Assembly: GCA_951406725.2 (NCBI GenBank)
Contig: OX597826.1
Location: forward strand, 48,546,001 to 48,610,000
DNA: 64,000 bases
From: Octopus vulgaris
Taxonomy: Eukaryota
Direction of reading: 5' to 3'
In this document: piece after piece, positions 24,540 to 38,425 of the stretch
Position numbering within the stretch: the first letter of the stretch is position 1
Layout: the number at the start of each line of letters is the position of its first letter
Made by a program: the position numbers and the translations under genes
The notes under the pieces: generated by a model
The model's input: only the letters and a program-made list of their open reading frames with translations
Told to the model about the DNA's origin: nothing
Databases searched by the model: none

Positions 24540-26060
24540 TGGGTAATAGGCTACTACCTGTAACTTAAGACATACACAAGATTTCAATAATTATTCAAGT
24601 GCTCAAAAACCTTTTTCTTATAATCTTTCCTCTTACTATGAGGCAAACTTTCTGTAGAAGCTCCTTTAACCATTTATCTGATTCATTACTCACAGTCCCT
24701 AATGCACCAATTATTACAGGTACAACTGTTACAGTTTTCATATTCCAAATTCTTACAATCTCAAATTTTAAGGGATTGTATCTTTTTAATTTTTATCTTG
24801 TGTGTTCCACAGCCTTCAAATCAAACGACATGGTGTATCAATAAGTAAGCAAAATTTGTTTTTCCGTGTCTAGTACTGTTATATCTGGTTTATTATTTTC
24901 TATCTTCTTATCTGTTTGAAATAGGAAAATCCCATAAATTTTTTTTCCGACTCAAGTAAATCAAATTCGATGACTGGCATCCATGCTAGTGGAGCGCTAA
25001 GAGTACCATAGGAGCAACAAGCTGGCCTCTGTGCTGATGGCATGTAAAAAGCACCATTCGAGCGTGATCATTACCTGCATCGCCTTACTGGCACTTGTGC
25101 TGGTGGCGCGTGAAAAACATTCGAGTGAGGTCGTTGCCAGTGCCGCTGGACTGGCTCCTGTGCAGGTGGCACATAAAAATCCCCATTTGAGCATGGCCGC
25201 TGCCAGTACTGCCTGACTGGCCCTTGTGCCGGTGGCTTGTAAAAGCACCCATTACACTCTCGGAGTGGTTGGCATTAGGAAGGGCATCTAGCTGTAGAAA
25301 CTCTGCCAGATCAGATTGGAGTCTGGTGCAGCTTTCTGGTTTGCCAGACCTCAGTCAAATCGTCCAACCCATGCTAGCATGGAAAGCGGACGTTAAACAA
25401 TGATGATAATGATGATGATGATGATTACACTAAGTACTTCTAGCTACAAACACTCATTTCTAACAAGGTTTCCAGTGTAAAAATCTTGCACAATTTTGGT
25501 CTTGCCTCTATTTCTTATATTCCCCCTGAGCCTACATGGAAAATTTTGTAACAATGTGTGCCGTTGTTTCATCCCAAATTCCACATTCTCTACATTTTGC
25601 AGACACTGTCTTCTCATTGTCTTCTCAAGTCGTTTGTTTTTAAAGCTTGAACTTGAGCTGCTACAATAAAGCTCTCTTTTTCCAATTGACCTTTTCTCAA
25701 CCAAACCTCCCGATACATCGTCAGTGGCTCTCCAAAATTGACCTTGCAGAGGTTTCTCTTCAATCGTCTAATGTGCTCTCTCTGAATTTCCTTCTTGTCC
25801 TTTTCTCCAATTCCACCTGCTGATCACCTGTTCCTTATTCACTGTCTTTAGTAATTACTCTGTGCTGTTCTGTAAACATTCTAGTAAGCCTTTTCTTTCC
25901 ATCAGAACACATTCTTCCACACCAATTAAGCCTCTTCCACTCTGGTGTCTTTTCATGAACAACCAGTTAATATCAGCTTTCATATGGTGAGCCCCATACA
26001 TTGTCAACAGCTTGTCTGTCATTTTTGTCCAATCCCTAATCCCAGCTCCATATCTAACAA
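24540..26060 (-). pseudogene. Decayed R4/Dong-type (restriction-like endonuclease) non-LTR retrotransposon, 3' part
   Basis: Minus-strand translation: KLLTMYGAHHMKADINWLFMKR..GRGL; LQGQF; FIVAAQ; CRECG..DETTAHI (zinc knuckle); LWDF..TDKKIENNKPDI; KFEIVRIWNMK.V.VVPVIIGALG; LLQK. Confidence 0.75.
24970..25422 (+). mobile_element. SINE family C with internal ~55-60 bp subrepeats, inserted in the R4 remnant
   Basis: Repeated ggtggc.cgt.aaaagcacc units; tail caacccatgctagcatggaaagcggacgttaaac(aatg/atg)n. Confidence 0.75.
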
Positions 26061-26250
26061 AAGCATCACGGTGTAATACTCATAGCACTTAATTGCATAA
26101 CTTTACATTCTGAGTTCAAATCCTGCATAGGTCAACTTTGCTTTTCATCTTTTTTCTATTAGTCAAGTACTAGTCATGTAATGAAACCAATGGTATCAAT
26201 TGACCATCTCCTTCTTGTAATTGCTTGCCTTCAACTTAAATAAGAAAATA

Positions 26251-26310
<60 letters not shown>

Positions 26311-26515
26311 TTTTATTATTGTTATTATTAAAATGCTTCGTGGCATTTCACCTGACTTCACATTTTACAATCAAAAATTTTGATGAGGCTGACTTTGCCT
26401 TTAATCTTTTCAGGGTCAATAACATGAGTACCTATCAAGTACTGGGGGTGATAAACTCAACTAGTCTCCCGGTATCGGAATTTCTGGCTTATTATCATCA
26501 TTATTATTATTATTA

Positions 26516-26610
<95 letters not shown>

Positions 26611-27245
26611 TTTCTTTATATTCTTTTACTGATACATTTTAAAAGTAGCAGCAGCAGTGCTGGTGGTGGTGGTGGTGGTGGTGGTGGTGGTGGTAGTAGT
26701 AGTAGTAGTAGATAATTACACAAGTTATAGAAAATTAGAAAGGCTATTCACTCTATATGATATTATAGTTCAAAGTCACTTATATTTATTTAAATTCGTT
26801 TATTCATATTTTTTATAATTCATGTATTTTTCCTTGTTTCTCAATTTTTTGTGTCTTGGCTGTTGTTTTTATTGTTCTTGTTGGGTTCTTTTTATTTGTT
26901 GGTGGTGCTGTTTTCTATTGGTCCTCTCACTTTTTCTATCCACTTCCATTTCTCATTAAACTAAATATATGTTGATTATTGTTGTATTTGTATGTGTATA
27001 TATTTAATGTGTGTTTGTGTGTGTATATATATATACACATACATGCATGTTGATATATATATGTATATATATGTATATATATACCCACATATGTATATAT
27101 ATATACACGTTAAATAAACATACATACATATAGATATCCTTCAATCTCTCTATCTCTCAACCTATCTATCTATCTATATCTCACACATACTATATATATG
27201 TATATTCATTATCTATCTATCTGCCTATCTATCTATTTATGCATG

Positions 27246-27314
<69 letters not shown>

Positions 27315-27544
27315 CTCTAAATCTCTCTCTCTCTCTCTCCATATATATATATATATATACACACATGCATACATGGACACACGCATGCACACACACACAC
27401 ATGCATGCACACGCACACGCGTGCATGCACACACACAAACACACACACACATACACACACACACTGATGATAGATGAATTCATGCATCTATTTATTTATT
27501 CATCGCTTTCGATATGAGTGTGTGTGTTTGTATATATATATATC

Positions 27545-28410
27545 TTTTACTTATTTCGGTCAATGGACTATGGCCATGCTGGGGTACTCACCATGTTGAA
27601 AGGGGGTTTTAGTCAAAGGAATTGACTCCAGTACTATTTTTTTCAAAGCTTGGTACTGAACACCTAAGTTACAAGAACATACACAAACCAACACATTATC
27701 AATTGGTGGTGGTGGTGGTGGTGGTGGTGATGGTGGTGATGGTGGTGGTGATGGTGGTGATGGTGGTGGTGAACAAACACATGCACAGTGCGATACACAC
27801 ATAGATATAAATGTTATATAAGGTGCAGGCATGGCTGTGTGGTAAGAAGTTTGCTTCCCAGCTACATACTTCTGGGTTCAGTCCCACTGTGTGGCACCTT
27901 GGGCTAGTATCTTCTACTATAGCTTCGGGCCAACCAAAGCCTTGTGAGTGGGTTTGGTTGACAGAATATATATATATATTTGTGAGTGTGTTTGTCTCTG
28001 TGTTTGGCCCCTGGCCATCACTTGACAACTGATGCTGGTGTGTTTATGCACCCGTAACTTAGCAGTTTGGTAAAAGACACTGATAGAATAAATCCTGGGG
28101 TCAATTTCTTCGACTAAAAGCCCTTTAACCCTTTTCATACCAACCCACTTAAAACTGCCTCTGGCTCTGTAGTACACATGTCGTGTTTTCAAAACTTCTG
28201 AATGAAAATCTTCTAAGAAATCTTAGTCACAATTTATGTTCCTAACACTAGCTTAATGATAACTAAGTTATTTTACTAAATCCTTTGTTATATTTAACAT
28301 TAATTGAAAGAAATATAGAATTTCTCAACAGAAATACAGTAACAAAAGTGTTAAGGCAGTGCTCCAGCATGGCCACAGTCAAATGACTGAAACAAGTAAG
28401 AGGATAAAAG
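27545..28410. mobile_element. Inverted pair of SINE A copies (minus 27545-27800, plus 27821-28410)
   Basis: Both tails and the head are recognisable. Confidence 0.7.
28129..28350. mobile_element. piggyBac-type MITE inserted in SINE A
   Basis: TTAA TSD (28125-28128, 28351-28354); TIRs CCCTTTTCATAC / GTAACAAAAGTG; removal restores the SINE tail ccctttaaggcagtgctcc. Confidence 0.75.
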
Positions 28411-28629
28411 AATAAATGAATAAACAAGGTGTAGTTAAAAAATATCCGACTCTGATTTTTATGCACAAAATAATAATGTGTGAGCAAAATCCACATGGGT
28501 ATTTAGTGGCCGTATCTTTCCTGAGCATGTGCAAAAATTTTGTGTCTGTAGGTTGTGCCATTCACCCGTGGTAATGCATTGAGTACAGATATGAAGAGTG
28601 TGTTGTGTGATTTTTCTTTTTGAGTCAAG

Positions 28630-28945
28630 ATGACCCGAGTGCATTGAGCAAAGACACTGTATTAAATTCTACCAAAAACTTGGTGATATGCAAGCCCAGA
28701 CTATCGAGAATATTCACAAGGCCTTTGGAGATGATGCTTGGGGAAAGACACAAATAAAGGAGTGATACAACTGGTTCAAATGTGGCTGCATCTCCGTAGA
28801 TAGTGAACCACATTGTGGTCAGACAATTAACATAGAATACCACCTGGGGGTTCTTCGTCACCTTTGTGAAGCTGTGCAGCAAAAACGAACCAACCTGTGG
28901 GCAGTAAAGAATTGGCACTCCACCATGACAATACACCCACTCATT
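28630..28945 (+). pseudogene. Mariner transposase remnant (internally deleted)
   Basis: EQRHCIKFYQKLG..TIENIHKAFGDDA..IKE*YNWFKCG..VDSEPHCG (HTH) joined to LRHLCEAVQQKR..HHDNTPTH (HDNA motif). Confidence 0.8.
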
Positions 28946-29309
28946 CTGACCAAGTTGTCCAAGCATTCCTCCTATCCAGGGTTATGGAAAGGAGCCAACC
29001 TTCAAAAAAATCCTGAGTGGAGACCCACAGACGGTTTAGTGTTTGACTTTACACTCTTCTGGCAGCTCCTGCAACCAATGTGTGCAGTCCTTTGGACTAC
29101 ATCAGTAAGGTCGAGAGAGAAATCTTGACGATTGGGCTACCCAGGATTTCCTTACATCTAGCCCCAGGCCTGCGCATGACTGGAGAGGAAACTGGAGAGG
29201 ATATGAAATGTAAAAACCAGACTGGATTAGTTTATGCGCAACTCCATTGTCTCCCGAGACAAAAGGATGCCAACAACAAATATATGTGTGTGTTTATGTA
29301 TAGCTATAT

Positions 29310-29398
<89 letters not shown>

Positions 29399-29409
29399 TA
29401 GATAGATAT

Positions 29410-29452
<43 letters not shown>

Positions 29453-29582
29453 TTTAAATAGATACATAGATAGGTGTGCATGTAGTATATATACACACAG
29501 AGAAATAGGTGCATTTACACACAAACACGGTAAATTACATTATATGGTTATTATATTTAATATATATATACATGTATATATA

Positions 29583-29935
29583 TCATCATCATCATCATCC
29601 TCATTTAACGTCCGTTTTCCATGCTAGCATGGGTTGGACGGTTCAACTGGAGTCTGTGAAGCCAGAAGGCTGCATCAGGCCCAGTCTGATCTGGCAGTGT
29701 TTCTACAGCTGGATGCCCTTCCTAATGCCAACCACTCCGCGAGTGTAGTGGGTGCTTTTTACATGCTACCCGCACAGGAGCCAGACGGAGCTGGCAAACA
29801 GCCATAAACGGATGGTGCTTTTACGTGCCACCGGCATGGGGGCCAGTCGGGGCGGTGCTGGCAACGGCCACGAACGGATGGTGCTTTTTACGTGCCAGCG
29901 GCACGGGGGCCAGGCAAGACTGGCAATGGTCACGA
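29583..29935 (-). mobile_element. SINE family C with subrepeats
   Basis: ttaacgtccgttttccatgctagcatgggttggacg; repeated ggatggtgcttttacgtgcca. Confidence 0.8.
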
Positions 29936-30075
29936 ATGGATGAAAAAAATTTGTTATGCAGTGGGACTGAACACGGAACCATGTGGTTGAGAAGCAAGCT
30001 TCTTACCACACAGCCACACTTGCATATATGTATGTGTGTGTGTATTTATATATATATATATATGCATATATATAT

Positions 30076-30146
<71 letters not shown>

Positions 30147-32059
30147 TATATATATATTAAATATATATATATATATATATATTATATTTGATATATATAT
30201 GCATATATAAAACTCATGTGCACCCAACACTACAAGTAGTTTTCTCACAATTCCAAAAATCTCAATGCTATTTGTAACTATTGGACCAATCCGATTAATT
30301 ATTCTCCACTTGCAATTATGTAAAACTATCATATTCCCACCTCACTCTTCTTCCCTCCTTCCTTCCTTCTCTTCCCCCACCCTTCCTCTCCCTCTCCAGA
30401 ACATGTTAACTATAATTAATGTACATGCAATCGACAGCGTTATACAATTTTCTCCATATTATGTTTATTCACATGCTGACGTTAGTGATGCTGATGATAA
30501 TAATAATAATTACGATGATGATGATGATCATCATCATCGTGATCGTGATCGTGATTCATACATAAGCAAGCTAATGCACAAAAACACACACAAAAACACA
30601 CACATACACACACACACATTCACCATGAACATGCATATATACACATACATATACAAACATACTTGTCTTTGTACATAGACTCATATGTATGTTTGTATTT
30701 ACGAATATTTACCTTTCTGTCCAGGCTTTATAATAAATTCACTTTAACCAGACACTAGTTCTCGTTAAAAATTTTTTATTGTTTTCAAAAATACATATAC
30801 CATTTTGTTAATTTCTTTTATGAGATTAATATTCCTAAAGCCATGCCTTAATTATTTATTAGACTATCACTCCAAACAGGACTTTTCGGAACTGCTCAAG
30901 TTATAAAACCAAATACAACACTCCCTCTATCTCTCTCAAACTCTCACAATACACACACACACACACACACGCACACACACACACATGTATGTATGTATGT
31001 AAGTATGTATGTATGTATGCATGTATGTATATATATAGGCGTATATATGTAATTACACACATACATACACACATATATACATACATGTATGTATGTATGT
31101 ATGTATGTATGTATGTGTGTATGTATGTGTGTATGTATGTATGTTTTATGTATTTGTCATTTCCATTTGCAGTTAGAGCTTTTGAAATATATGTTTAATT
31201 CAATAAATTCTTGAATATTTGACAGATATAATAAAAGGCATATTCAACAGAAATTACATTTATTTAAAATCCATTTTAAATTATTTAATACAAAAATAAA
31301 ATTATTATTATATACACAAAAATATAAAAAAATTATTAAGGTTTGCATTTTAATTGAAGGATTTCAAAACTTCTACAAACTAAACAGTTTCTCTAAATTC
31401 TTAGACAGGACAGATTCATTGAAGGTACCGTTCTAAAGTTAATGTAAATTATAATGTAGCTCACATAATCCTCTATTTATTTTGACAATATTTTCTGCAT
31501 TTTTGTGGGTTTACAAATTGCATTTTATGTAAGAAAATATTCTTGAAATAACGAAATTTAATATTAAATTTATTTGAAAAGAGGTTTTTGAAGATTTCAA
31601 TTTCTCTAGTGGAATTATTTCAATTTTTAAGTTCTGGCAACAACACCAGTATATCGGTGTCTTTGGTATTTTTCTAAAGAAGTGTCAAAGACAGGAAGTG
31701 TTATTTACCATTATTATGTTTAGAACAAAGCTACGTTTTTCTCTAGAGTACAAAACTAAGTGGATATTTTTTTTTTTTAGATATGGAATTTATAATTTAA
31801 TGGAATGAAAAACTATTATCATGAAATTGTATTTTTTCAGACTATTCAGCTCATTTCTAGATATTCAAATTTTTTTTATTCTTTACTGAGTTGCAGATAT
31901 GGCCATATAGCTAAGAAGTTTACTTCACAAGATTTCAGGCTCAATCTTATTATAAACCACTTGATCACATGTCTTTCGCCATAGCCCACGGTTAACAAAT
32001 GCCTTGTAATGAGAGGATGAAACTACAACGAAGCCCATCACATATACATAGACACTCAC

Positions 32060-32326
32060 CAGGGCCAGTTTTAAGCCAATTAGACTCATTTGTTCAAATT
32101 AGGCCCAGGCCAAGATAGGGGCCCATGCACATGCTCAAGAAGAGAATACTATGATGAATTTTTAATTACCATTGTGGCTAATGGTGGAGCCTCAAACCCT
32201 CAATGCTTTTTGGCTGAGACTGGCTTACTACATGAAGCATAAAACACAAATCTTCAGCTTTTCTAAAGCACAGGGCCTCGCTAACAATTCTCTAACTGCG
32301 CTCTGCCCTGCCTAGCACCAGCCCTG
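32060..32326. mobile_element. Possible hAT-like MITE
   Basis: CAGGGCCAG ... CCAGCCCTG termini; TSD not convincing. Confidence 0.35.
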
Positions 32327-32660
32327 CATACACACACACTCACATATATATATTTGTATATTATCATCATCTTTCCATGTATGCATGGATTGGATGGAAT
32401 TTATTGAGGCAGATTTCCAATGGATGGCTGTCCTTCCTGCCACCAAACCTCACATGGTTTCAAGTAAGGTAGCAGCTTTCCTTCACCCAACATGTTTTTA
32501 TGGAGGATTAGAAAGGAAAGACACCACTTGCATGAGAATGACACCTGCTGAAAACTATCACACAATGCCAAGACAAACAGCAAATAGTAACACATACATA
32601 TTTACATATATAGGAGACACACGCAAACATGCACACACATACAGATATACACAAACACAA

Positions 32661-32691
<31 letters not shown>

Positions 32692-32945
32692 CACACACAC
32701 ACACATGCATATGTTTTTTTAAATGGCTCTCAAGGATCAAATAGAGCTATAGATAATAGGATGTAAATATTGGATTGAAAAAAATTTGGAATAGAAAAAT
32801 TCAAAGGCTACCTTCCACTTTTTCTATCCAAAAGGGATTTTAAACCCAGTATTTACATCGTATTATTGATTGTTTTATTTGAGCCGGCAGAGCCAATATT
32901 CATGAATAGAATTATGTCATCTCTCAAAAGGTTATGAACAACAAA

Positions 32946-33003
<58 letters not shown>

Positions 33004-33054
33004 TAAGGGTCATGCTCAACTGGTCATGGTCAAACAACTGACTAATTATTATTA

Positions 33055-33125
<71 letters not shown>

Positions 33126-33337
33126 GTTATTAGCATGGCTGAAAAATGCATAGCAGCATTTCATCCGTCCTTATGTTCTGAGTTCAAATTCTGCTGAGAT
33201 CACCATTACCTTTCATTCTTTCAAAGTCAATAAATTAAGTATCAGTTGAGTACTGGGGTTGATGTGAGCAACTATGTACCACCCCAAAATTTCAGGCCTT
33301 GTGCCTATAGTAGAAAGGATTATTATTAGAAGTAGTG

Positions 33338-33416
<79 letters not shown>

Positions 33417-33773
33417 CAGCAGCAGCAGCAATGGTAGTAGTAGCAAGATTGTTTTAATCATCATCAGAATCATAGATTCTAGAAAATAGCTTACCTTTTC
33501 ATTCATAACCGTATGTTTTGCATGTATATGTGTGCCTGTGTGCATGTATGCATGTGTGTGTGTGTGTGTGTGTGTTGTGAAGATGTGTAAGATGAGTAAC
33601 CAGGGTGGCTGAATGGGATGTCATTCGTGATAAATAAATCCATCTTTAACAATAACTACCCCCACCTGCAACATCCATCTGAATGCCAAGCAATCATCAC
33701 AGATTAATTTAGTCAGTTTAATATATATATGCATACATAAATATACATACATATGTATGTATGTATGGATATG

Positions 33774-33824
<51 letters not shown>

Positions 33825-34246
33825 GTACATACATATATATGTATATACATAAACATATACATGTGTATATTTGTATGTCTAGATGTATGTATATAATACA
33901 ACTGTTTTTCTTACAATTATCTCCGATTAACAGTGTGGTAGAAACTGAGGGTGGTATTTGTGATTTTTTGTTCTAGTTACCATTATTGTTGCTGTTGTTG
34001 TTATTGGTGGTGTTGGTGGTGGTGGTGGTGATGGTGCAATTTTTGTTATTATTATTCTCCTCAGAATCGCTGTAGGACTTCCATTGTTTCAGCTTGACTC
34101 TCTTTTCTGTGTGTCTTGGAATAAATTGAAGTCAATGAATTTTATAATGCTAAAAAAAGAAAAAATTATAAACTAAACCAAAAAATAGAAAGTGGAATAA
34201 GACAAGGATATTTTTACAGTTATTTTATTATTACTATTATTATTAC

Positions 34247-34313
<67 letters not shown>

Positions 34314-34860
34314 TTTGCTTGTCTCATTGTCAATTTGGGAGAGTTGAGGTATTACAATCTATATATATATATTTTTTCTTTACTCCATCACAATGCTCCA
34401 GCGCTTTGTCTGATAGTTGGCATTATTCTTCTTTATCCTTTGTCTGAAGAGTTACAGACCAGTGAAGTTTCTCAAACTGAAGAAAAAAAGAACCCCCAAA
34501 AAATCTGAAAACAATTTTATACATTTCGATTGTAGGTTTTTGTTTAGTTTTCTGTTGTTTTTATTTTGTCTGTGCAATTTTCTTGCCAAATAATATCAAA
34601 AATCTCATACACTTCATAATGATCTTTCATTAAGTATTTTATATTTAAAAGTTCTTTTCGCTATTTAATTTTTATTTATTATTTTATTTAATTTTATGTT
34701 ACTCATTTATTGTTTTTTTTTGTCTATTGTCGTTGATCAAAAAAATATCTTGTGGCAGAAATTCAGGTATTTCGTCTCGCACACATTGTCAATAACATCA
34801 AACGTTTCATAATTCCGTCCTCTGGATAAAGCTGTTAATTTCATCACCATTATTATTACC

Positions 34861-34897
<37 letters not shown>

Positions 34898-35076
34898 ACA
34901 GCAGCAGCAACATGATCACGATAGGATAATATGATCATGATCACTTATTGTACTTATCATCTTTACCATGGTAATCATTGTCATCATCCTCATCATCATC
35001 ATTATCATTGTCGTCATCATTTTCATCATTGGTGTCATCATTGTCAGCACCATCGGTGTCATGGTCATCATTATTA

Positions 35077-35297
35077 TTTCCTTATTTCTTTATTGCCCAC
35101 AAGGGGCTAAACATAGAGGGAACAAACAAAGAGATTAACTTGATTGCATTGACCCAGTGCGTAACTGGTACTTAATTTATCGACCCTAAAAGGATGAAAG
35201 GCAAAGTCGACCTTGGCGGAATTTGAACTCAGAACATAGCGCAGACGAAATACCGTTAAGCATTTCGCCCGGCATGCTAACGTTTCTGCCAGCTCAC
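35077..35297 (-). mobile_element. SINE family B
   Basis: Full reverse copy. Confidence 0.8.
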
Positions 35298-35679
35298 CAT
35301 CATTATTATTCCCATTGTCGCTGTCATCACCATCATTATCATTAACATCATTTTAATCCTTGGTGTCATCAGTGTTATGTTCATTATCTTCCTCATCCTC
35401 AACCCCCTCCTCCTCTTTATCATCATTATCTTCCTCAATACTATTATCGTTATAATTATTGCTAATGTCTTCATTATTCAGCTCCATAATGACCATTCTA
35501 CACCTCCCACCCCTTGAACCTCACCTTCCTCCCCTTCTTTATCATCATCAACACAACATCCCTATTATCTTTATCATCACCACCGTCTTCATTATTTTTT
35601 TTTTACGTTTGTATACAAAGCATATGTCCCTTCTTTTGCAGTGTACTCCGTGTATACTTTATTGCTTTTAATTTATTAT

Positions 35680-36098
35680 TACTCTCTTTTACTCTTTTAC
35701 TTGTTTCAGTCATTTGACTGCGGCCATGCTGAGCACTGCCTTTAGTCAAGCAAATCGACCCCAGGACTTATTATTTGTAAGCCCAGTACTTATTCTATCA
35801 GTCTCTTTTGCCGAACCGCTAAGTGATGGGGACGTAAACACACCAGCATCGGTTGTCAAGCAATGCTAGGGGGACAAACACAGACACACAAACACATACA
35901 CACACACATACATATATATATATATACATATATACGACAGGCTTCTTTCAGATTCCTTCTACCAAATCCACTCACAAGGCATTGGTCGGCCCAGGGCTAT
36001 AGCAGAAGACACTTGCCCAAGGTGCCACGCAGTGGGACTGAACCCGGAACCATGTGGTTGTTTAGCAAGCTACTTACCACACAGCCACTCCTGCGCCT
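35680..36098 (-). mobile_element. SINE family A, full length
   Basis: Complete reverse copy. Confidence 0.85.
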
Positions 36099-36204
36099 AT
36101 TGTTTCATTATTTTATGTAAACCCTAACACTTTATGTCTGTCTCTGTATTGTGCCCCTCATCCTTTGCCCTTGTGGCAAATAAATGAAATTTTATTTTAT
36201 TTTT

Positions 36205-36531
36205 TATTTTTGTCTTTATCTAGTTTCTGCTCACAAGCTGTGGCCATGCTGGGGCACCGCCATTTGGTGTTGCTACATGATTTTACTTCACGAATGCTTT
36301 TTAGCAATTGCCATTTGATGCATGAGAGAGTTCGATGCAGCTGCCCTCATCTGCACCTCCTGCCGTGAAGTTGGTTCATCTGGGACACCTGACAAGAAGA
36401 GATCCAGTTTTATTTTAAAGACATCTGCATCTACCCCATGAAGGTCTCTTAGGTTCTTCGGGAGGATATTGAAGAGCTGTGGGCCTCAGGAAGCCCGGGC
36501 TATCACAGTATCTTGTCCTACATCTTGATGG
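36205..36531 (-). mobile_element. 5'-truncated CR1/L2-group LINE (same family as 9469-9751)
   Basis: Reverse complement of the GPQLFNILP..VPDEP..SNSL region and 3' UTR. Confidence 0.8.
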
Positions 36532-36534
36532 CAA

Positions 36535-36980
36535 AAGGGGCTAAACATAGAGGGGACAAACAAGGACAGACAAAGGGATTAAGTCGATTACATCGACCCC
36601 AGTGTGTAACTGGTACTTATTTAATTGACCCCAAATGGATGAAAGGCTAAGTCGACCTCAGTGGAATTTGAACTCAGAATGTAGTGGCAGACGAAATACC
36701 ACTAAGCATTTCGCCCAGCATGCTAACGCTTCTGCCAGCTCACTACCTTAGGGATTGCATAATATTCTTTTCTACTCTAGCACAAAGCCTGAAATTTTGG
36801 GGGAAGGGGTCCCAGTTGATTAGACTGGCTCCAGTTGCATACTGGTACTTAATTTATCGACTCCGAAAGAATGAAAGAAAAAGTCGACTCCGGCAGAATT
36901 TGAACTCAGAACATAAAGACTGACAAAATACCACTAAGCTTTTCTCCCTGCATGCTAACACTTCTGCCAGCTCACCATCT
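36535..36980 (-). mobile_element. Two tandem SINE B copies
   Basis: Two successive gaatttgaactcagaa...tgctaac.cttctgccagctc units. Confidence 0.8.
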
Positions 36981-37251
36981 CGGCTGATGTATGCTTTTGT
37001 GCAGCATAAGTACTAAGCATTGGTTAAGAGAAAGGGCACTCTTCTGCAACAAGACAGCACAAGACCTCATACTGCTTGAATGACCTGGAAAAAAAACAAA
37101 AAAAAACTCAAGGGATACAAGAGAATAAAATTAATACCACACCCAGCATCTGGGCCATACCTAGCTCCCTCAGAATGTTACCTGTTCCAATCCTTGGCTC
37201 CCTTCCTGTACTCGTGGCACATCATCAACTAAAAGAAAATAGAAGCTTTAA

Positions 37252-37465
37252 CCCTTTAGTATTCAGATTATTCTGTAAAATGTAAAGCTTATGTATTCAT
37301 AATATGTAAAGTTAATCTTGCATCATTTCATGGCTTTGAGATTTCAATGATGTGATTGTTTATTTTTAAAATGACACAATAAGGTAGCTATGAATGACCA
37401 TATCTGACTAGTTTGAACATAAAACAGGTAGAATATTTTGGCCGGATATGGCCGGTTTAAAAGGG
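37252..37465. mobile_element. piggyBac-type MITE
   Basis: TTAA|CCCTTT ... AAAGGG|TTAA. Confidence 0.75.
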
Positions 37466-37519
37466 TTAATGAAGGAATTCTTTGTCTTGAAGGACAAGAA
37501 CTGGGACCAGCAGGAGATC

Positions 37520-37576
<57 letters not shown>

Positions 37577-37897
37577 CTCTATGTGTATAAATACAAATAC
37601 TGTTCATTGATTCCTCCTAAACTAGAAACAACTCTGCTGGTTTCTGCCATGCGTTTTCCCTTCCCTCCATAATTTACATTCTTATCTCTTACATTGTTAT
37701 ATTATTGTTCCATTATTATTTTATGGTTACATTATTAACTATCATTATTTAGAGGTTTCTGTTGTGGTTTTTACTTGTGTTATTGATTTTAGATTGCTTC
37801 TTAGTGCTACAAATACGATCGTATGTGTGTGGGTATTTGTATATGTGTGTATCGAGTGTTTGAAGTAATGTACAAATATATATGTGTGTGTGTATAC

Positions 37898-37928
<31 letters not shown>

Positions 37929-37987
37929 TATATATATGTGTGTGTGGTGGAGTATAGAGTGTTTGAAGTGATATACAAATATATGTG

Positions 37988-38026
<39 letters not shown>

Positions 38027-38232
38027 ATATAAAATGTGCGTGTGTGTATAAAATGTGTGTGTGTGTGTGTATAAAATGTGTGTGTGTGTTTGTATACGTG
38101 TGTGTAGTTATAGATCTACAAATATAGATAGTTACGTATATGCAAAATTTTGTGCTTGCATACACATACACATGTTATTATATCTATACAGATATACATA
38201 TGTATGCATACATTTATATTTATAGACACACA

Positions 38233-38269
<37 letters not shown>

Positions 38270-38391
38270 TACGTATATATGTGTGTGTATTTATATATGT
38301 ATGTGTATGTATGTATGTATATATGTATATATACATGTATGTATGGATACAATTATGTATATACATCTATCTCTCTCTGTCCATCTACCCT

Positions 38392-38425
<34 letters not shown>

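Noticed and set aside
28969-29280. GC-balanced segment ending in (CAA)n that truncates the mariner remnant
   Set aside because: Probably a retroelement end, but single-copy in the window with no recognisable motif, so left unclassified
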